From Fimicolochytrium jonesii (Eukaryota), in contig NW_026515697.1 in the NCBI RefSeq assembly GCF_025526975.1, positions 1 through 64,000 of the forward strand: a stretch of 64,000 bases of DNA, given 5' to 3'. Shown piece after piece: positions 11,432 through 25,319 of the stretch (positions are counted from its first letter, which is position 1; the number at the start of each line of letters is the position of its first letter). The translations under genes and the position numbers were made by a program. Below the pieces are notes generated by a model that had not been told where the DNA came from, searched no databases, and saw only the letters and a list, made by a program, of their open reading frames with translations.

Positions 11432-12952
11432 TCAGAACAAATAAGCGCCAACAATAAACGCCGCAACCGCCACCGCCGCCCCAACACCCATCGGCAACCC
11501 CTGATGCGGTTTCTCCACTTTCTCGAACCCACCAGTGGAACTCGCGCTCAGAGCCGCCGACGATGACGCCGACAAGGATCCCACACCCTCAGTAGCTGCC
11601 GCACCACCTTTGCGCTGCCGCAGCATATTCAACCGCTCGACTTCGGCTTTGTACGCGTCGCAGGCGGCTTGGAGGGTTTTCATTTTTTCGCGGACTTCTT
11701 TGAGTTCTTTTTCTGTTTGTGATTGTGATTGGGATGGGGTGGTTGAGGAGGAGGAAGGTGCAGGGAATAAGTCGACGGTGGGTTGCGGTGGGCGTTTGGG
11801 GGCGACTATGGAGAAGGCTCCCTCGGCGGGGAGTTTGTCGGAGGGGGACACGGCGGTTGGGGAGACGGGTGTTATTGGCGATGCGCCGGGGGTGGTCGTC
11901 TCGGGAGAGATGGCGGCGGTTGCGTTAGGGCGGGACTGGGCGTCGGTTAGGACGGACACGCGTCGGGAGTGGGCGTCCGAGAAGCCGTCTGTTGTTGAGA
12001 GTCGTGGGTTGGTGTTGTTGATGCTGTCGATGAGGTGGGAGGAAGCGATGCTAGCGCCTCCGGACCCAGACCCAAGCCCAGTCGATGAGGATGTGGATGT
12101 CTCACCCGCGGGCGGGAGAAAGACGCATTTCAGCTTCTTCTCCACCATCACGTCTGCCGCGGTCTGCGGACTGCTCTTGAACAGCTGATCGGCCTGACTC
12201 CACAGCGTGCTTAACCGTGCTGCAAGCTCGTCGCCCTTCAGCTCCACGACGTCGGCGGGCACTTTGATGATCTGGACGAGGAATTTGTCCTTGGACACAA
12301 ACTCGGCGGGCGGGTCCTCCTTCATGGCCTGGAGCAAGACTTGAACCTGGATGAAAGGATGAATCGTCAACCATCAACCCATCAGGATCCATCACCAAAT
12401 CATCAACCAGTTTCAAGCTCGATTCGCCAGTAATCAAAAGGACCGTCGGCCATCAAGCATCAACCATCGAACGCCAACCACCAACCATCGCGACAAGAAT
12501 GTTGGGCTAACGTGGTGAGGAGTATTGCGCTTTCGGCGCAAGGTGGCTTGCTCGGCTCGGATCGCTTTCGCTCGCGAAAGCGTTCGCACTAATCGACCTC
12601 CCCGAGCTAGGTTTCCCAGACCGAACCAACCTTAAGCATCCCTGCACCTCGTTTCCCTCGTCGCAGAGAATCACCATTGCTCGCTTCGCTCGCGGCTCCT
12701 AGACCGAACCAAACCCTCGCCACGCTCGGGATCACTCACCTCTGATTTAGATGATGGCAAGACTATGCCGCTATTCGGCCGAACGCAGTATTGTTTTGGA
12801 GCAGTTGTTTTGACTTTGAAGGCGACTGGGGAGCTGGTGTGGTGGTTTGAGACAGTGAGGGTGCGTTTGACAACTGAGGTAAAGGGGCGGGTGAATTCGA
12901 GCTGGAGCTCGGGATGGAGTGAGGCAAAGGGTTGCGGGCTGGTGGAATCCAT
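11432..12952 (-). CDS. SCS2: VAP/Scs2 family MSP-domain ER membrane protein
   Basis: VAFKVKTTAPKQYCVRPNSG, KDKFLVQ, coiled coil and C-terminal TM helix. Intron 12739-12347. Confidence 0.93.
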
Positions 12953-13523
12953 TTCTGCGAGGTATTTTTGGAGGGAGTCGGGAGACTGTTATTGGTGAGC
13001 GAGGTCCTCCCGAGACAAGTTCCACGAGGAGGTGGAGCGCTTTGGGGATATGTGTTTCCTGTCTTCTCAGAGATGTGGTGGTTCCTGCAGGATGCTGCAA
13101 CGTTTTGCGAGCCACGAGATGAGAAATCGAGCAAGTGGCGAGAGTGACGACCCGGGCGTCGCAACTCGCAAGCGTTTCTAACATCAATGCTACGCCTCTA
13201 ACATGGCAGTCCCAGTACTGTCCAAGAGTTGTTTCGTCATAAATATCATCGAAGATGCAGCGCACGTTTCACAGTATTTTGAAATCCTAGCTGTTCGATA
13301 TTACGGTGACCTCGTTCGTCTGGCATTTGCATTACTTTATTTTCATTCCCTGCTAGTATATCTATGTGTTCGTATGTTTATGTAAATGAAACATCTTCGC
13401 CTCAAGCGCAGGGCCTCAAGCACACTGAGCGATGAGGATTCTCAGCTTTTCGTTCATGTGTTCCACATGGCGACGGACCGAGCATTGCCGTTATGGCGTT
13501 TATTCCATCCGGGTCGTTCCACC

Positions 13524-14875
13524 TTATGCCTCAGCGGATGGGGAATGCTTGTCCTTCTCGGTACCCTTGTCGGCAACGTCGTTGAATCGGACACTCTTGC
13601 CAGCGGCCGCCGTATCACAACCACCCTGCTCCCCAGATTTACCCTCCTCCTTCCTCTCCTGCGCCTTCTTATTGAGCTCCGCAGCCGGCGGGACAGCCGC
13701 CTCCTCCTGGCGTTTCTCATACCCCTTCTGCATATAGATCGGCCTTGTCAACTCGCGTGGCGGCAGACCGAGCCATTTGTCGTCGGCGACACGGAAGACC
13801 GGGCGAGGGTTGGCTTCGAAACGCAGGGCGGCCTCGCTCTCGTCTCGCCATGTGTGGAGGTGAGCGCCGACTTTTTGAAACTTGCTGATCTTCCAGAGGG
13901 ATTTGGGGTCCCGCTCGGCGATGTTGACGAAGGGGATGCGATCCGAGGTGTCGGTGTCGCGGTGCTTGGCTGGCTTGGGTTTGTTTGATTTGACCTAACG
14001 AGATGGGGACATATTTTAGGTGCGGCTTTCCCATAGAGAACCGGGCTGACCACTCCTCTGACCTTTGGCAACGACCGCTCGTGCGCGAGCTTTTTGTCTT
14101 GCTGCAACTGCCATTCCCGTTGATAGCGGTCCGTCATCAAGTCCGCAACAGGAGTACTTGGTCTGCCATGAGACCTCAGGTCAGCATGGACTCACTCCCA
14201 AGCTTAAGGCCCACCAAATTGGTTATTTTACCTCGTTGGCTTCCCATATGTAAAAGCCGGGTTGGCATCACTCGGAATCGGAGCCTTCCTATTCAACACC
14301 CCTCCAACACCAGCCGTCACCGGAATGCTTGACGAAGAGCCCTTGACGCCCACTTGGATGCGAATCGGGTGCAGCTTGCGGTACTTTCGCAGATCCTTCG
14401 GGTTGATGATCCCTTCCTTTGCGGCTCCGCGGTTCATGGCGATGTAGTCGAGGGTCCGGGGCTCGGCTTTGGCGTTGGCTGCTTGGACTTTGGCGTGCCA
14501 GTGTTGCAGCACTAGAAAGTGTTGCGTGTTAGTGGGACTGACCTGCCCTAAGCATTGGCATGAAGGACGTATACACACCTTGCGCACATCCATAATCGTC
14601 CCACTAAGGGCGCACGTTCATTGTAAATTCGAGTCAGTGTGAGCATTTATAGGCATAACGTCGAGCCAAGCAAAATATCTCTCTACCTCAACTTTCTTCC
14701 CATAAACATGATTCGTAGTCGGCAAGCTGTACACAGTCGGGCGGGTCTTGCCCACCGATGAATGCACCAGGAGCACATTGTTGGTAAGACGCCCGGATGA
14801 GGTGAACGGGAGGGGATTGCTGATTGGGATGGACGCCCCGGCGGGGTGGGCAGAGAGCATTGCGGTCGCTGGCAT
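13524..14875 (-). CDS. CFAP77: Cilia/flagella-associated protein 77-like
   Basis: Spliced motifs NVLLV...VGK...YSLP...HVYGK, DYIAMNRGAAKEGII, TYGKPTRPSTPVADLMTDRYQREW, LWKISKFQKV. Confidence 0.75.
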
Positions 14876-15532
14876 CTCGGTGGGGTATTCCCGATGCGAT
14901 GTGCTTTTTGTGAATGCGGCAAGAATGTGTTGCAGACACACGGCGAGTCGGTGAGAGTTGGAGATTAGTGGTGGCTTTTGACTTCTAGCAATTGAGTTTG
15001 TTCATAGTGTTGACTCAGTTCAAACTCCGCTCATTCTGCAAAGGTACCGGAGATATTCAGCCTTGTAGGAATCGTCCTGACATGATAGGACCGATGATGA
15101 GGACACCCGCTCCAGCTCCGACATGCGGGGTACTGTCAAAGAGTGTCAAGGTTCACCATACCGAGGACTCGGCTCCGTCACGCAGGACCACCGCCGTCAA
15201 TTCTGCACAAGCAACAGAAGTTGAACGACAGCTTCGCAAAGTGCCCTCTCATTTGCCTAATCTGATGCGGAGCAGGGCAATAGTGACTTGGTAGTAATGA
15301 TGAGAATTTAAACAACAGGTCACAGGAATCTAAAGTACAAGATTGCCACAATGTCCATGGAGCATGTGATCCGTAGCGCACAGCAACGCACACCCACCAC
15401 CGTCGCTATTTATACTAGTCTTTGAAGACCGTTCGATGGGAGGGACCAGAGAGGACTCCCAGATCCGACTCCAAACCTCCGCAGGGCGGCATAGATGAAA
15501 CATGGATCGACGCAATGTTCTGCGGTTCCAGC

Positions 15533-16576
15533 TTAGACGGCTTGCACATGGAACGCCTTTCCGACCAGGAAGGTGCCTATCATCGCAATCTATTGCGTAA
15601 AACGACGTGAGTGGGAAATTCCGCGAAAGTATCGTACGCGACATCTATTTGACGTACCCAGCCACCAACGAGAACCCTGATCGCCCCCTTCCAGACAGGC
15701 GCACCACCGAGATATGCTCCCAAAAGCCCGTTGATAATCAGCCCAAAGGTACTGGCGACTACTACTGCGGCCAGACGAAATTGGTAATCCGTCACAAAGA
15801 TCGCGACTATACAGATTGCTATCAGCCTACGAAACACCTTGAAGAGGCAGCTGAGAAAACGGACATACCTGATAACGGAATAGCGGCACCAGCACTGAAA
15901 CACAGCGCCGACGTGACGGCTGCCTGGACCGGGTTCGAGAGCTCATCCACATCCACATTCAGCTCCTCCCTCAGATGCACCTTGACGATTTCGTCAATGT
16001 CCCCATTGGCTTGTGAATGCAGTTCCTCGGCGACCTGTAAAGCCAGCTGCGGTGATATTCCGCGGGCTTCGTAGATCCCAGCCAACTCCCGCAGTTCGCG
16101 TTCAATGTGTAATGGTCCCTTCAGGAATTCGGCCTTCTCCCTAACCATGTCCGCACTCTCTGTATCCTTCTGCGTCGCGACCGATACGTATTCACCTGAG
16201 CGTGAACCATGTTAGCGGGCAAAGCGAGGTGGCAAGAGGCGGGAGATCATCACTTACCACAAGCCATTGAGAGGGCGCCTGCAACGAGCGCCGCGGCTCC
16301 TGAGAGGATCATAAGGTTATGATCCTCACTGCTTCCCGCAAAACCGACGATAAGGGACGCAGTCGACACTAGCCCGTCGTTTGCTCCCAACACCGCGGCG
16401 CGGAGCCATGGCGAGCGATCGGAGTAGTGGTGGTGGCTAATTTCCGGCAGAACGTCGTCGGATATGAGACGGGTGTTCTCATGGTCGACATCGACGGTGA
16501 TGGTTGAGGACTCGGAGGACTCGGACGGTTGCTCGAGGGCTCCGTAGTTGGCGACGACGTTTTGTTTTTCCGGCAT
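15533..16576 (-). CDS. VIT1/Ccc1 family vacuolar Fe/Mn transporter
   Basis: WLRAAVLGANDGLVSTASLIVG...AGALSMACGEYVSVATQKD; ELRELAGIYEARG; NPVQAAVTSALCFSAGAAIPL. Confidence 0.93.
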
Positions 16577-16858
16577 GTCGAGGTTGTAGTTAACGTTGAG
16601 AAGCTGAAGACGGAATATGCGTTGGACTGCTGTGGACGAGAAGCGTTGAAGGAAGTAAAAAGAGAATGCGACTTCGAGCGGAGGTGGGTTATGGTATGGC
16701 TGCGGGTAATGTTGGGCTTTATGGGCTGAGGAAAGGCGAGGGAAAAACAGCGGACAAGACAGTCGCCGCCGATGGATCGCAAATTACGCGATCGTCTGGA
16801 CAGTCTGGACATGCCCTGGACTCGCACTTGACATTCCCTGTCGTGGCAATCCGAATAT

Positions 16859-17809
16859 ATGAGCATCGACAAGCATGATATAGCACAGGCCTCGGGTTCG
16901 GCTGGGGAGTGTGAGGCTCGTCCGGGCTCACTTTCGCCGAGCCCGGAGCTCCAGCAGCAATCCCCTGTCGGGATTTCAAACGCCGACACCATTGGCACCA
17001 ACCCATCCGACCCAGCGACGGGATCACCTTCTGGTTCTTCGCCAAGCGCACCATCCAAAAAAACGAAAAAGAAACCGCCCCCAAAACCCGGTTCAAAAGC
17101 CTACCTCGCCCTCAAAAAGTCCGTCCAGTCCGAACCCGCATCCGCCACACCCGACCCGTTCACTCCCCCAACCATTTCCCACTGCCCCACGCAGAATGTT
17201 CTCATCCTGTCCTTCACACGGCCCTCGGACCTCACGGCAGCGCTCGGACGGCCTCATGTGGCGTATGAAGGCGGGCACCTGAAGGGTCCATTGAAGGGGG
17301 TCAATTTCCCGGTCGACTTTCTGCGGCGTTGGGTCGAGGGGCTAGGAGCGGACCGGGTGACGGCGGAAGAAGCGTGGATGTTGGCGCTGGTCAAGGGAAG
17401 TGGGGTTCCGGTTGATTTCGGGGAACTGCCGGATGGTCCGTCCGCACCTCCACCACCACCACCATCACCACAATCGCTGGGCATCCGCACCCCCGTCCGG
17501 TACATCTGCGCCTACCTTCGCAACGACCGCTCGACCCTCCTCCACGAATGGGCCCACGCCATGTTCTTCACATCCCCATCCTACCGCGACGCTTGCGAAC
17601 AGCTGTACAAGGACGTTCTAGACGACAAGGCACGCGCGGCGGTGGGCGTCGAGTTGCGGATGAGGAATTACAAGGAGGAGGTTTATATGGATGAGTGGCA
17701 GGCGTATTGTGTGGAAGGGCCTACTGAGTTTGGGAAGAAGTGGAGTAGGGTTATGAAGGAGCCGCATGTGGTGTTGAGGAAATTGGTCGGGGCGCCGCCG
17801 GGGTGGTGA
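16859..17809 (+). CDS. Hypothetical protein with HExxH zinc-metallopeptidase-like motif
   Basis: Intronless 316-aa ORF containing TLLHEWAHAMF and a downstream DEWQAY glutamate. Confidence 0.7.
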   Translation: MSIDKHDIAQASGSAGECEARPGSLSPSPELQQQSPVGISNADTIGTNPSDPATGSPSGSSPSAPSKKTKKKPPPKPGSKAYLALKKSVQSEPASATPDPFTPPTISHCPTQNVLILSFTRPSDLTAALGRPHVAYEGGHLKGPLKGVNFPVDFLRRWVEGLGADRVTAEEAWMLALVKGSGVPVDFGELPDGPSAPPPPPPSPQSLGIRTPVRYICAYLRNDRSTLLHEWAHAMFFTSPSYRDACEQLYKDVLDDKARAAVGVELRMRNYKEEVYMDEWQAYCVEGPTEFGKKWSRVMKEPHVVLRKLVGAPPGW

Positions 17810-18168
17810 TTTGGTGTTCAGCTGGGGAGCTTGTTGTAGATAGTTAGAGGCTTAGCGTATGCTGCTGGACGATATTTTTGGATCTCACGCACCGTGACAC
17901 ACGGGATTGTACAGCGGCAGAAGAGTAGTAGAATACAACCGTCCGACTACGCTAGGTCTACTCGCTCCCGGAGACTTTAGCACGTACACATCGCCTTTGC
18001 TTCCTCACGTTGCGACAACAGTTGACAGAAGAAAGAAAGAGGCCTCGGCTGATCCATTCAATATTGACGAAGGAACAGAAAACACACTAGCCACAAGAAA
18101 GAAAGTCTGCACAAAGAACAAATTATCCACAAGGTCCTAACAGTCCCCAGCAAAGATCCAAAGTTCAT

Positions 18169-21100
18169 TCAAGCAGAGACGGGTGAGTTCTGTGACGCAG
18201 CCACGGGCTTGATGTTCCAGATCCGTTGAGCGTAGTCATTGATGGACCTGGATATGAACGGAAATCCCGTTAATCAGCATGACGACGAGTAAATAGGAAG
18301 TGCATCGCTCTCCTTGAACCGCTTTCTCCGATCAGACATACCTGTCAGAACTGAATTTGCCCATGCTGGCTGTTGCAATGATGCATTTCTTCGCCCAGCC
18401 GGTGGTGTCGCGGTACGCCGCGTCAACTTTGTCCATGGCTTGCAAGTCTGCGTGGGTGATAGGAAAGATATATTATCAGTACTCGCCTGGTGAATGCTGT
18501 TGAAGAGGGACTCCAAATCCTAACATGGCGTAAAGTCCTTGCTGATAATGTACTTGTCGCTGTCCAGTGTTTCTAGATTTGTGATGATTGATAAATCGAA
18601 GTGAGGAAACGTCCGTGCGGATCGAGCACGCATTCCAAGCCCGAAAATACAATGAATGGGAGCATACCGATCAGCGGTTCAAACACTCCGGCATCTCCGT
18701 AAGTTCCCTGCCTAATGCTCTTCACCACGGCAGCCAGCTTCTCATCCATAGGATCATGACGATACAGCTGCTTATAACGAATGTCATCCACCTCCGGCGC
18801 CAAAGCTCCAAAGAAGAAGATATTCTCCTCGCCGACTTCCTCCCCAATCTCGATGTTGGCTCCATCGACCGTTCCCAGGATCAAACCGCCGTTCAGCACA
18901 AATTTCATGTTGGACGTCCCGGAGGCTTCGGTGCCCGCGGTGGAGATGTGCTGGGAGATATCAGAGGCTGGAATCAGGATCTCGGCGACGGAGACGTTGT
19001 AGTTGGGGATGAAGATGAGCTTGAGGTACTCCGATGTAGCTGGGTCTTTGTTGATGACGGCAGCGACGTTGTTGATGAGCTTGCGGAGGAGAGCAAAGTA
19101 AAAATGTGGCGCGTCTTCATACATTTAGTCATTGCCTAAGCGTTGTATTTACCTTGATGATCAACTTGGCGATGTAGTAGCCCGGAGCGGCTTTTCCTGC
19201 GAAGAAAACTGATGCAGACGAGGACCGATGACGTTAGTAGCGTTCGGTGTCTCTCTTAGTTGAACACTGCAAAGTCTCACCAACTCGCGGAACCTCTTTC
19301 CTCAGTTCCTCCTTGCTGAGTTTCTTCAATCGCTCATAGCGATGGATCACTCCCCAAATGTTCATATGCTGACGCTTATACTCATGCAAACGCTTGCACT
19401 GCACGTCGAACAAGGCATTCGGCGAGACATCAATCTTCAGGTTTTCCTTAATGTACTCGGCAAGTCGAACTTTATTCTGGAACTTGATATCCATGAACAG
19501 CTTCTGGAAAGCCGGGTCGGTGGCGTACTTCTTGAGCTCCGACAGCTTCGATAGGTCCTTCAACCATCCCTTCCCGGAGAGCTTGTCGGTGATCAGCTTG
19601 CTGAGAGACGGGTTCGCCTGGTGCAGCCAGCGGCGGGGCGTGACACCGTTTGTCACGTTGACGAACTTCTCCGCTCCATAGAAGGCCACAAAGTCCTTCA
19701 AAATGGTCGTCTTGACAAGCTCGGAGTGCAACTCGGCGACACCGTTGACGTGGTGACTACCCACAACGGCGAGATACGCCATGCGAACAAACTGCGGGTG
19801 ACCTTCCTCGATGATCGACATGCGGCGCAGGCGGTCACGGTCGTCCGGGAACTTCTTCTCCACTTTTTGCAGGAAGTACAAGTTGAGTTCGAAGATGATG
19901 CTCATGTGTCGAGGTAGGAGATCGGAAACGAGCGGGACGGACCATCGCTCAAGCGCCTCGGGCAGAACGGTATGGTTGGTGTAGGAGTATGTCTTGCTGA
20001 CGATGTTCCATGCCTCGTCCCAATCCAGACCCTCCTCATCCAGCAAAATCCGCTGCAACTCAACAATGGACAGCGTGGGGTGCGTGTCGTTCAATTGAAT
20101 AGACACCTGATTGGGGAAGTCAGACCATGGTTTTGCAGACTTCTTGAATCGTCGAATAATGTCCTGGAGAGTGGCGCTAACGAAGAAGTACTGCTGCTTC
20201 AATCGCAACACCTTTCCGACCAAGTGGTTGTCATTGGGATACAGCACACTGGTGATGTTGGCCGCGCTCTTCTGCTCTTCAACACTTTTGTCATAGTTTC
20301 CGTCGTTGAAACTGCCATGGGAAAACGAGTCAGTAAGGCTATATCTGTGTTCAGCTTAGCATTAACTAGGACATACCTGGCGAAATCAAACTCCTTCTTG
20401 GGCTTGCTAGACCAGAGTCTAATGTTGATGCAGTTCTGCGTTCCGCACCCCGGAATCGGATAGTCATTCGCAACAGCTACGACCTTCTCGGAACTATCCC
20501 AGCGCCAGCGCTGCCGACCTTTGGCATCGGTGTACTTCTCCACTGAGCCACGGAACAAGACATCGTAGGTGACATCGAGACGCGTCAATTGCCATGGGTT
20601 ATCGGCAGTCAACCAGTAGTCAGGGTACTCGGCTTGATATCCGTCTATGATCTTCTGCTGGAAGATACCATATTCATATCTCAAGCCATATCCCCACGCT
20701 GGATAGTCCAATGTCGCGAGCGAATCCATGAAACACGCCGCTAATCTTCCCAGGCCACCATTTCCAAGCGCGGCATCGGTTTCCTCGTGGATCAGATCTT
20801 CCAAACGGAACCCAACCTGCTGGATCGCGTGCTGATAGTTGTCTTTCATACTCAGGTTGAGTAACGCGTTGTCGAGGGTACGTCCAATCAAGAACTCCAG
20901 GGACATGTAGTACACGCGCTAAATCGAACTGGATCAGGGCCCCGCAGTGCACTTTAGACATACAAGTCCAGCCGGTCTCCATTCTTACCTTGGCATCCAC
21001 CCTGCTGTGGCATTGTTGAGTCAAATTCCAGCGATCGATCAAGTGATCTCGGACGCTGATGAAAGAGATGAGAGACGCGTCGAAGATGAGCAAAATGGAA

Positions 21101-21346
21101 GATGGCCTCAGAAGTCAAGGACAAAAAGCCCTACCTATGCGCAGTCGCATTGTAGGCAGCAACGTTGTCCATGTTGAAGGAGCTGCGAGCCAAGGTCTTC
21201 GTTGCATGGCGGATGAAGGACTCTTGGATAGTAGCCTCGTCGGTATTTTCCTCCTTGCTGTACTTTTCCCACAACTCGTTGGCGGCCGGCGGAGCAGTCC
21301 AGTGTGGAGACTGACCTGGTCCCGTGTGGCTTCTCTGGCGACCCAT
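18169..21346 (-). CDS. GPH1: Glycogen phosphorylase
   Basis: [75 protein letters not shown]. Multi-exon; start codon approximate. Confidence 0.98.
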
Positions 21347-21849
21347 TACGAGAGGTGGAAAGGTTCGAACGAAACAGCGGGCAAACGCTCAAGATGCGGC
21401 GTAGGAAACAGCTTCTGCGTGGGAAGGCACGCCTTTGCCGCTGGGAGAGTTTGCAAAGTGGCTGAAGTAATTACAGTAGGGTTCCACAAGAGGACTTCTT
21501 AACAGAGAGAAGATGAATGCTTCTGTTCGTTAATGTTTTGCGTGATGGCCGTGGGAAAAAAAGGATGAGTTTATGCCCATGCTCACTTTCTACATCGATG
21601 GGGAAAGCCTCGTTCAAGTGCGCAGCAACTGATGACCGCGCGAATACTGTAGGCGGAACAAGCCAGCTATCTAAGTCTTCCCTCGTTCCACACCACTGGC
21701 TACACAACTGCAAAAGTCACCATACAAAAGCAAAGCGACACTCGACGGCTCCGTCGACATGCGCAGCATTGATTGTCGCAGCTGGTACACATACTCAACG
21801 CCCAATGGATCCAACAATGACTTTCCTGTGCACCACGGCCAAGATCGCG

Positions 21850-22900
21850 GACTGGCAAACCACCTGAGTCCTTCTAGCTACCCTACCGACCGGCGAGTAA
21901 AATATAGAGGCAAAGGGACACCGATTTTCCTGATCAGTTTGGTATGTCCTTGGGAATGTTCGAGGCCAGCGATATTACATCGAGATTTCGTCGATGCTCT
22001 CAGCTCTGCGGGGATCGTCACCACGGAAATACGATCTAGAAACTTAGAGGGTCCTGATTACGGCACGCGGGCCAAAAAGTCGTCACCCAGCATGCTCGAA
22101 CGGGAATACACGAAGAACAGTATGAAGGCGAGCGACCTCTCTTCATTGCCAGAGTGGCAAGAGCGGGCCATCGTGGATGTTCCTTTGCTCATCTTCGTAG
22201 CTGTACGGGATCTGCTTATAGTCGGCCGAGATCGTCATTAGATCCTTATGGTTCTGTTGGAACCGGAGGCATGCGGCAGCTTGCGCCATATACTCGACGA
22301 GACGCCGAGCATCGTGAGCGCCTTCCAGTTGCTCCACCCTCCTTGTCATCATCCAAGTGTTCCACTGACCGCGGACCGATTGTTCGTGTGCACGCTTCTG
22401 CTTCGCCAAACGCTCCTGGACGTGCTGTCGTTCCCGTTGGATGATAAGGGCCCCAGCGTGGCTGTACGGCTTGGGCCCCGAGCCGCCTTTCATTGATGAT
22501 GGGAGCCGTCACCATAGATTCCGCAGCTGCCACTCGTTGGTCCGCCAGGGCATTGGCAAGCTCCATGTTCGTCGTCATCAGCTGTTGCAACCTCTGAGCA
22601 ATCAGCTCGTTATTGGAGCCTTTGGCGTTACCAGCCAAAACATAAGGTTCGACCCCGGGTTCATCCCCACGACCTGTTGGTTGATACTGTACTCTTTTTA
22701 GTCCCCAATTGCTGACCCGACGCTCGACTGCAAGCTTTTATGTCTTGGCATAGAACAATATGTCTTCATCACACACCTTTGAGAACCATCTCCGCTCCAG
22801 GGCCTGGTGCGTAGAGCGGCTGATTCCACAGCAGCTGGCTCCACGCCAGCAGCCTCCACGCGACCCCCGAGCCTGAGGAGTGAGACGTACATCAATTAGT
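21850..22900 (-). pseudogene. Possible decayed coding sequence of unknown family
   Basis: Overlapping helical-looking ORFs 22246-22638 and 22143-22493 lie in different frames with no clear splice junction. Confidence 0.25.
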
Positions 22901-23830
22901 TCCCAACCTACTTACCCGCAACATGTCGAGGGCCCACAAAGCGTAATGGGACAAAAGGCAAAATGCTACGCACTTGAGGAAGTTGAAGCCTCGTTCGAGC
23001 GCGCAGCACTGAGGACCGCCGCTGCAAAACTGGTAAGATTCGCTCAGTTCCACCCTGGCTGCGCCACCCAACCGCTCTACGCGTTACCTTAAGGCACAAT
23101 TAGGGAAATTAAAGCAGTTTCCTCACAAAACCTTCTTTTTTGAGCAGCCATACCATCCCACAGACATGCAGGACAACCTATTCCATTTGCATACGCCTCC
23201 AGTTGCCTACTTTGGCCAATCCCCTCTAAGTGTCTGTGGGGGTAGCTGTTGCAACAAACTTAACACAGAGGCCCAAAAGTCTGAGTAGTAAAACTGTCTT
23301 TCCTTGGCCGTTTTTGGGTAAAACTTGCCAGTTAGAGGTGTCAAACCCTGAACCAGTGCCTTCTTCACCAAACTGCCTAATCAATCTTTCTGCTAGCATG
23401 TCTGGCTGTCAAGATACTGCTCAACATGTGCAGCAACTTTGGGTCTGCGAAAACCTCGTTAAGTCCAAAAGTCGTCAAAAAGCTGTCAGTGGCTTAGCCA
23501 GGATGGACCTGAGAAGATTCGGGCGCTCAGAACCTTTCCGTTTCTAAATAAAAATGATAAGCGTCTTTACTGAAAGACGCGCCTACAAGGTTTAATCTAA
23601 ATCATCACGGTACAGTCTCACGTCACAGGACTCGCCGCACAACTCGACATTTTGGCATCGTTTGTTCCCACGTAACAGAGCGACAGCTACCAAAGTGAAA
23701 CTCATCGTCTTAGACTTGACATAGAACATTGCACCCTTGGCGCTCCGAGCTGCACTTCAGCATTGTCACACTTGTTTGACCTTACCAACGTAAAGAGAGG
23801 ATCAGTCGTTCGCAACACCGCGCCGGCACG

Positions 23831-25067
23831 ATGTCCAACGAACGAGACGGAAGAAACCTCATTGCGGAGGCTGATAAGAAGGCCCAACACAAGGGATGGT
23901 TTGGCGGAAACAAACTAGAGGAGGCCGCGGAGCTCTATACAAAAGCCGCCAACTGCTTCAAGGTTGCGAAAAAATGTAAGTTCTCGGCCAAATTTCGTTG
24001 CCATCGCTGCATATCACTGACGGGGGACCGCTCGCATACAGGGAAGGAGGCTGGAGATGCATTTATGTCAAAGGCGACAGTACTGAACAGGATGAATGAG
24101 CGAGACGAGGCTTCTGGGGCTTACATGGACGCTGCAAAGTGTTACAAAAAGATTAGCCCTCATGGTAAGAACGGGAGCCTTCTTACCGGTCAATAAACAG
24201 CGCCTGTGAATCGATGTAACTCAGCGATGATTCCCATGTAGACGCGGTAACATGTCTTCAGCAAGCTGTGGAGATTTTGGTCGAGAAGGGCCGCTTCCAG
24301 GCTGCCGCAAACAATCAGAAGCAGATGGCAGAGATTTATGAGACAGACCTGGTCGATTTCGAGAAGGCGATGCATGCATATGAAATCGCCGCCGAGTGGT
24401 ACCACGGAGAGGACTCTAATGCGTGAGTGTCCGCGAGCGCCCCTTTGAACACCACAGCGAGGTTGATGCAGAGCACCGGGACTCACGGTCATCGACTTGT
24501 CCGTTTCGTAGGCAAGCCAACGCGTGCATGCTGAAAGTGGGGACATTCGCTGCCCAAATAGATCAGTTCGACAAGGCCATCGAGAAGTTCGAGCAGGTGG
24601 CCACAAACAGCATGGACAGCCAATTGACACGGTTCTCGCTGCGTGAATACTTCCTCAAGGCAGGGATTTGTTACCTGTGCACCGGGGTACGTGGGCCTAT
24701 TGTTGCAATCACCATGCGCAAATGGGAATGGAAGAAGCTTACTGGGTGGATCGCATATAGGACTACATTCGCGCACGCCAAGCGCTTGAGCGGTATCAGA
24801 ACATGGATGCCACATTTGCGCCGACAAGGGAATGCGGCTTCCTGAAGGTATGCATGTCAGCCAAACATCTCGTGGGTTACCGCTTTCGAGAACTCAATTT
24901 GATTTTCATCGTAGGCATTATTGGAAGCGGTGGAAGCACAAGACGCTCAAGCGTTCACAGACGCTGTATCAGACTGGAACCGCTTAACGGCATTGGATAA
25001 TTGGAAGACGGCATTGCTGCTGAAAGTGAAGAAGTCTTTGAACGATGAGGAGGTAGACTTCACATAA
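23831..25067 (+). CDS. SEC17: Alpha-SNAP (vesicle fusion protein)
   Basis: GWFGGNKLEEAAELYTKAANCFK, KGRFQAAA, KAIEKFEQVA...LREYFLKAGICYL, DATFAPTRE, C-terminal EVDFT*. Confidence 0.96.
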
Positions 25068-25319
25068 GAGCGTCGGGATCGCCAAAATGTAGTATCACAA
25101 TCTCCTCTCATATATGCATAGTATCGTTCTTTTCTGTTCTTTGTCAAATTTTTTGCGCAATCGTTTTGGGCGGAATAGTACCCAGATCAAGTTTTTCCAG
25201 TCGACAGACCAGTGCTATCTACAGGTGCTTCTTCATTTCGAACCTATAAATTACATAATGCGGGCAGGGATAACGCTACACCCGATTAACCCGCCCCTAC
25301 CGCCGAGATTCTAGATACT

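Noticed and set aside
12370..12410. C/D box snoRNA (TGATGA...CTGA) in the VAP intron
   Set aside because: The boxes are too close together and sit in a degenerate GATGGTT repeat.
22640..22670. tRNA/SINE box B-like GGTTCGACCCC
   Set aside because: No pairing T-arm stem and no cloverleaf around it.
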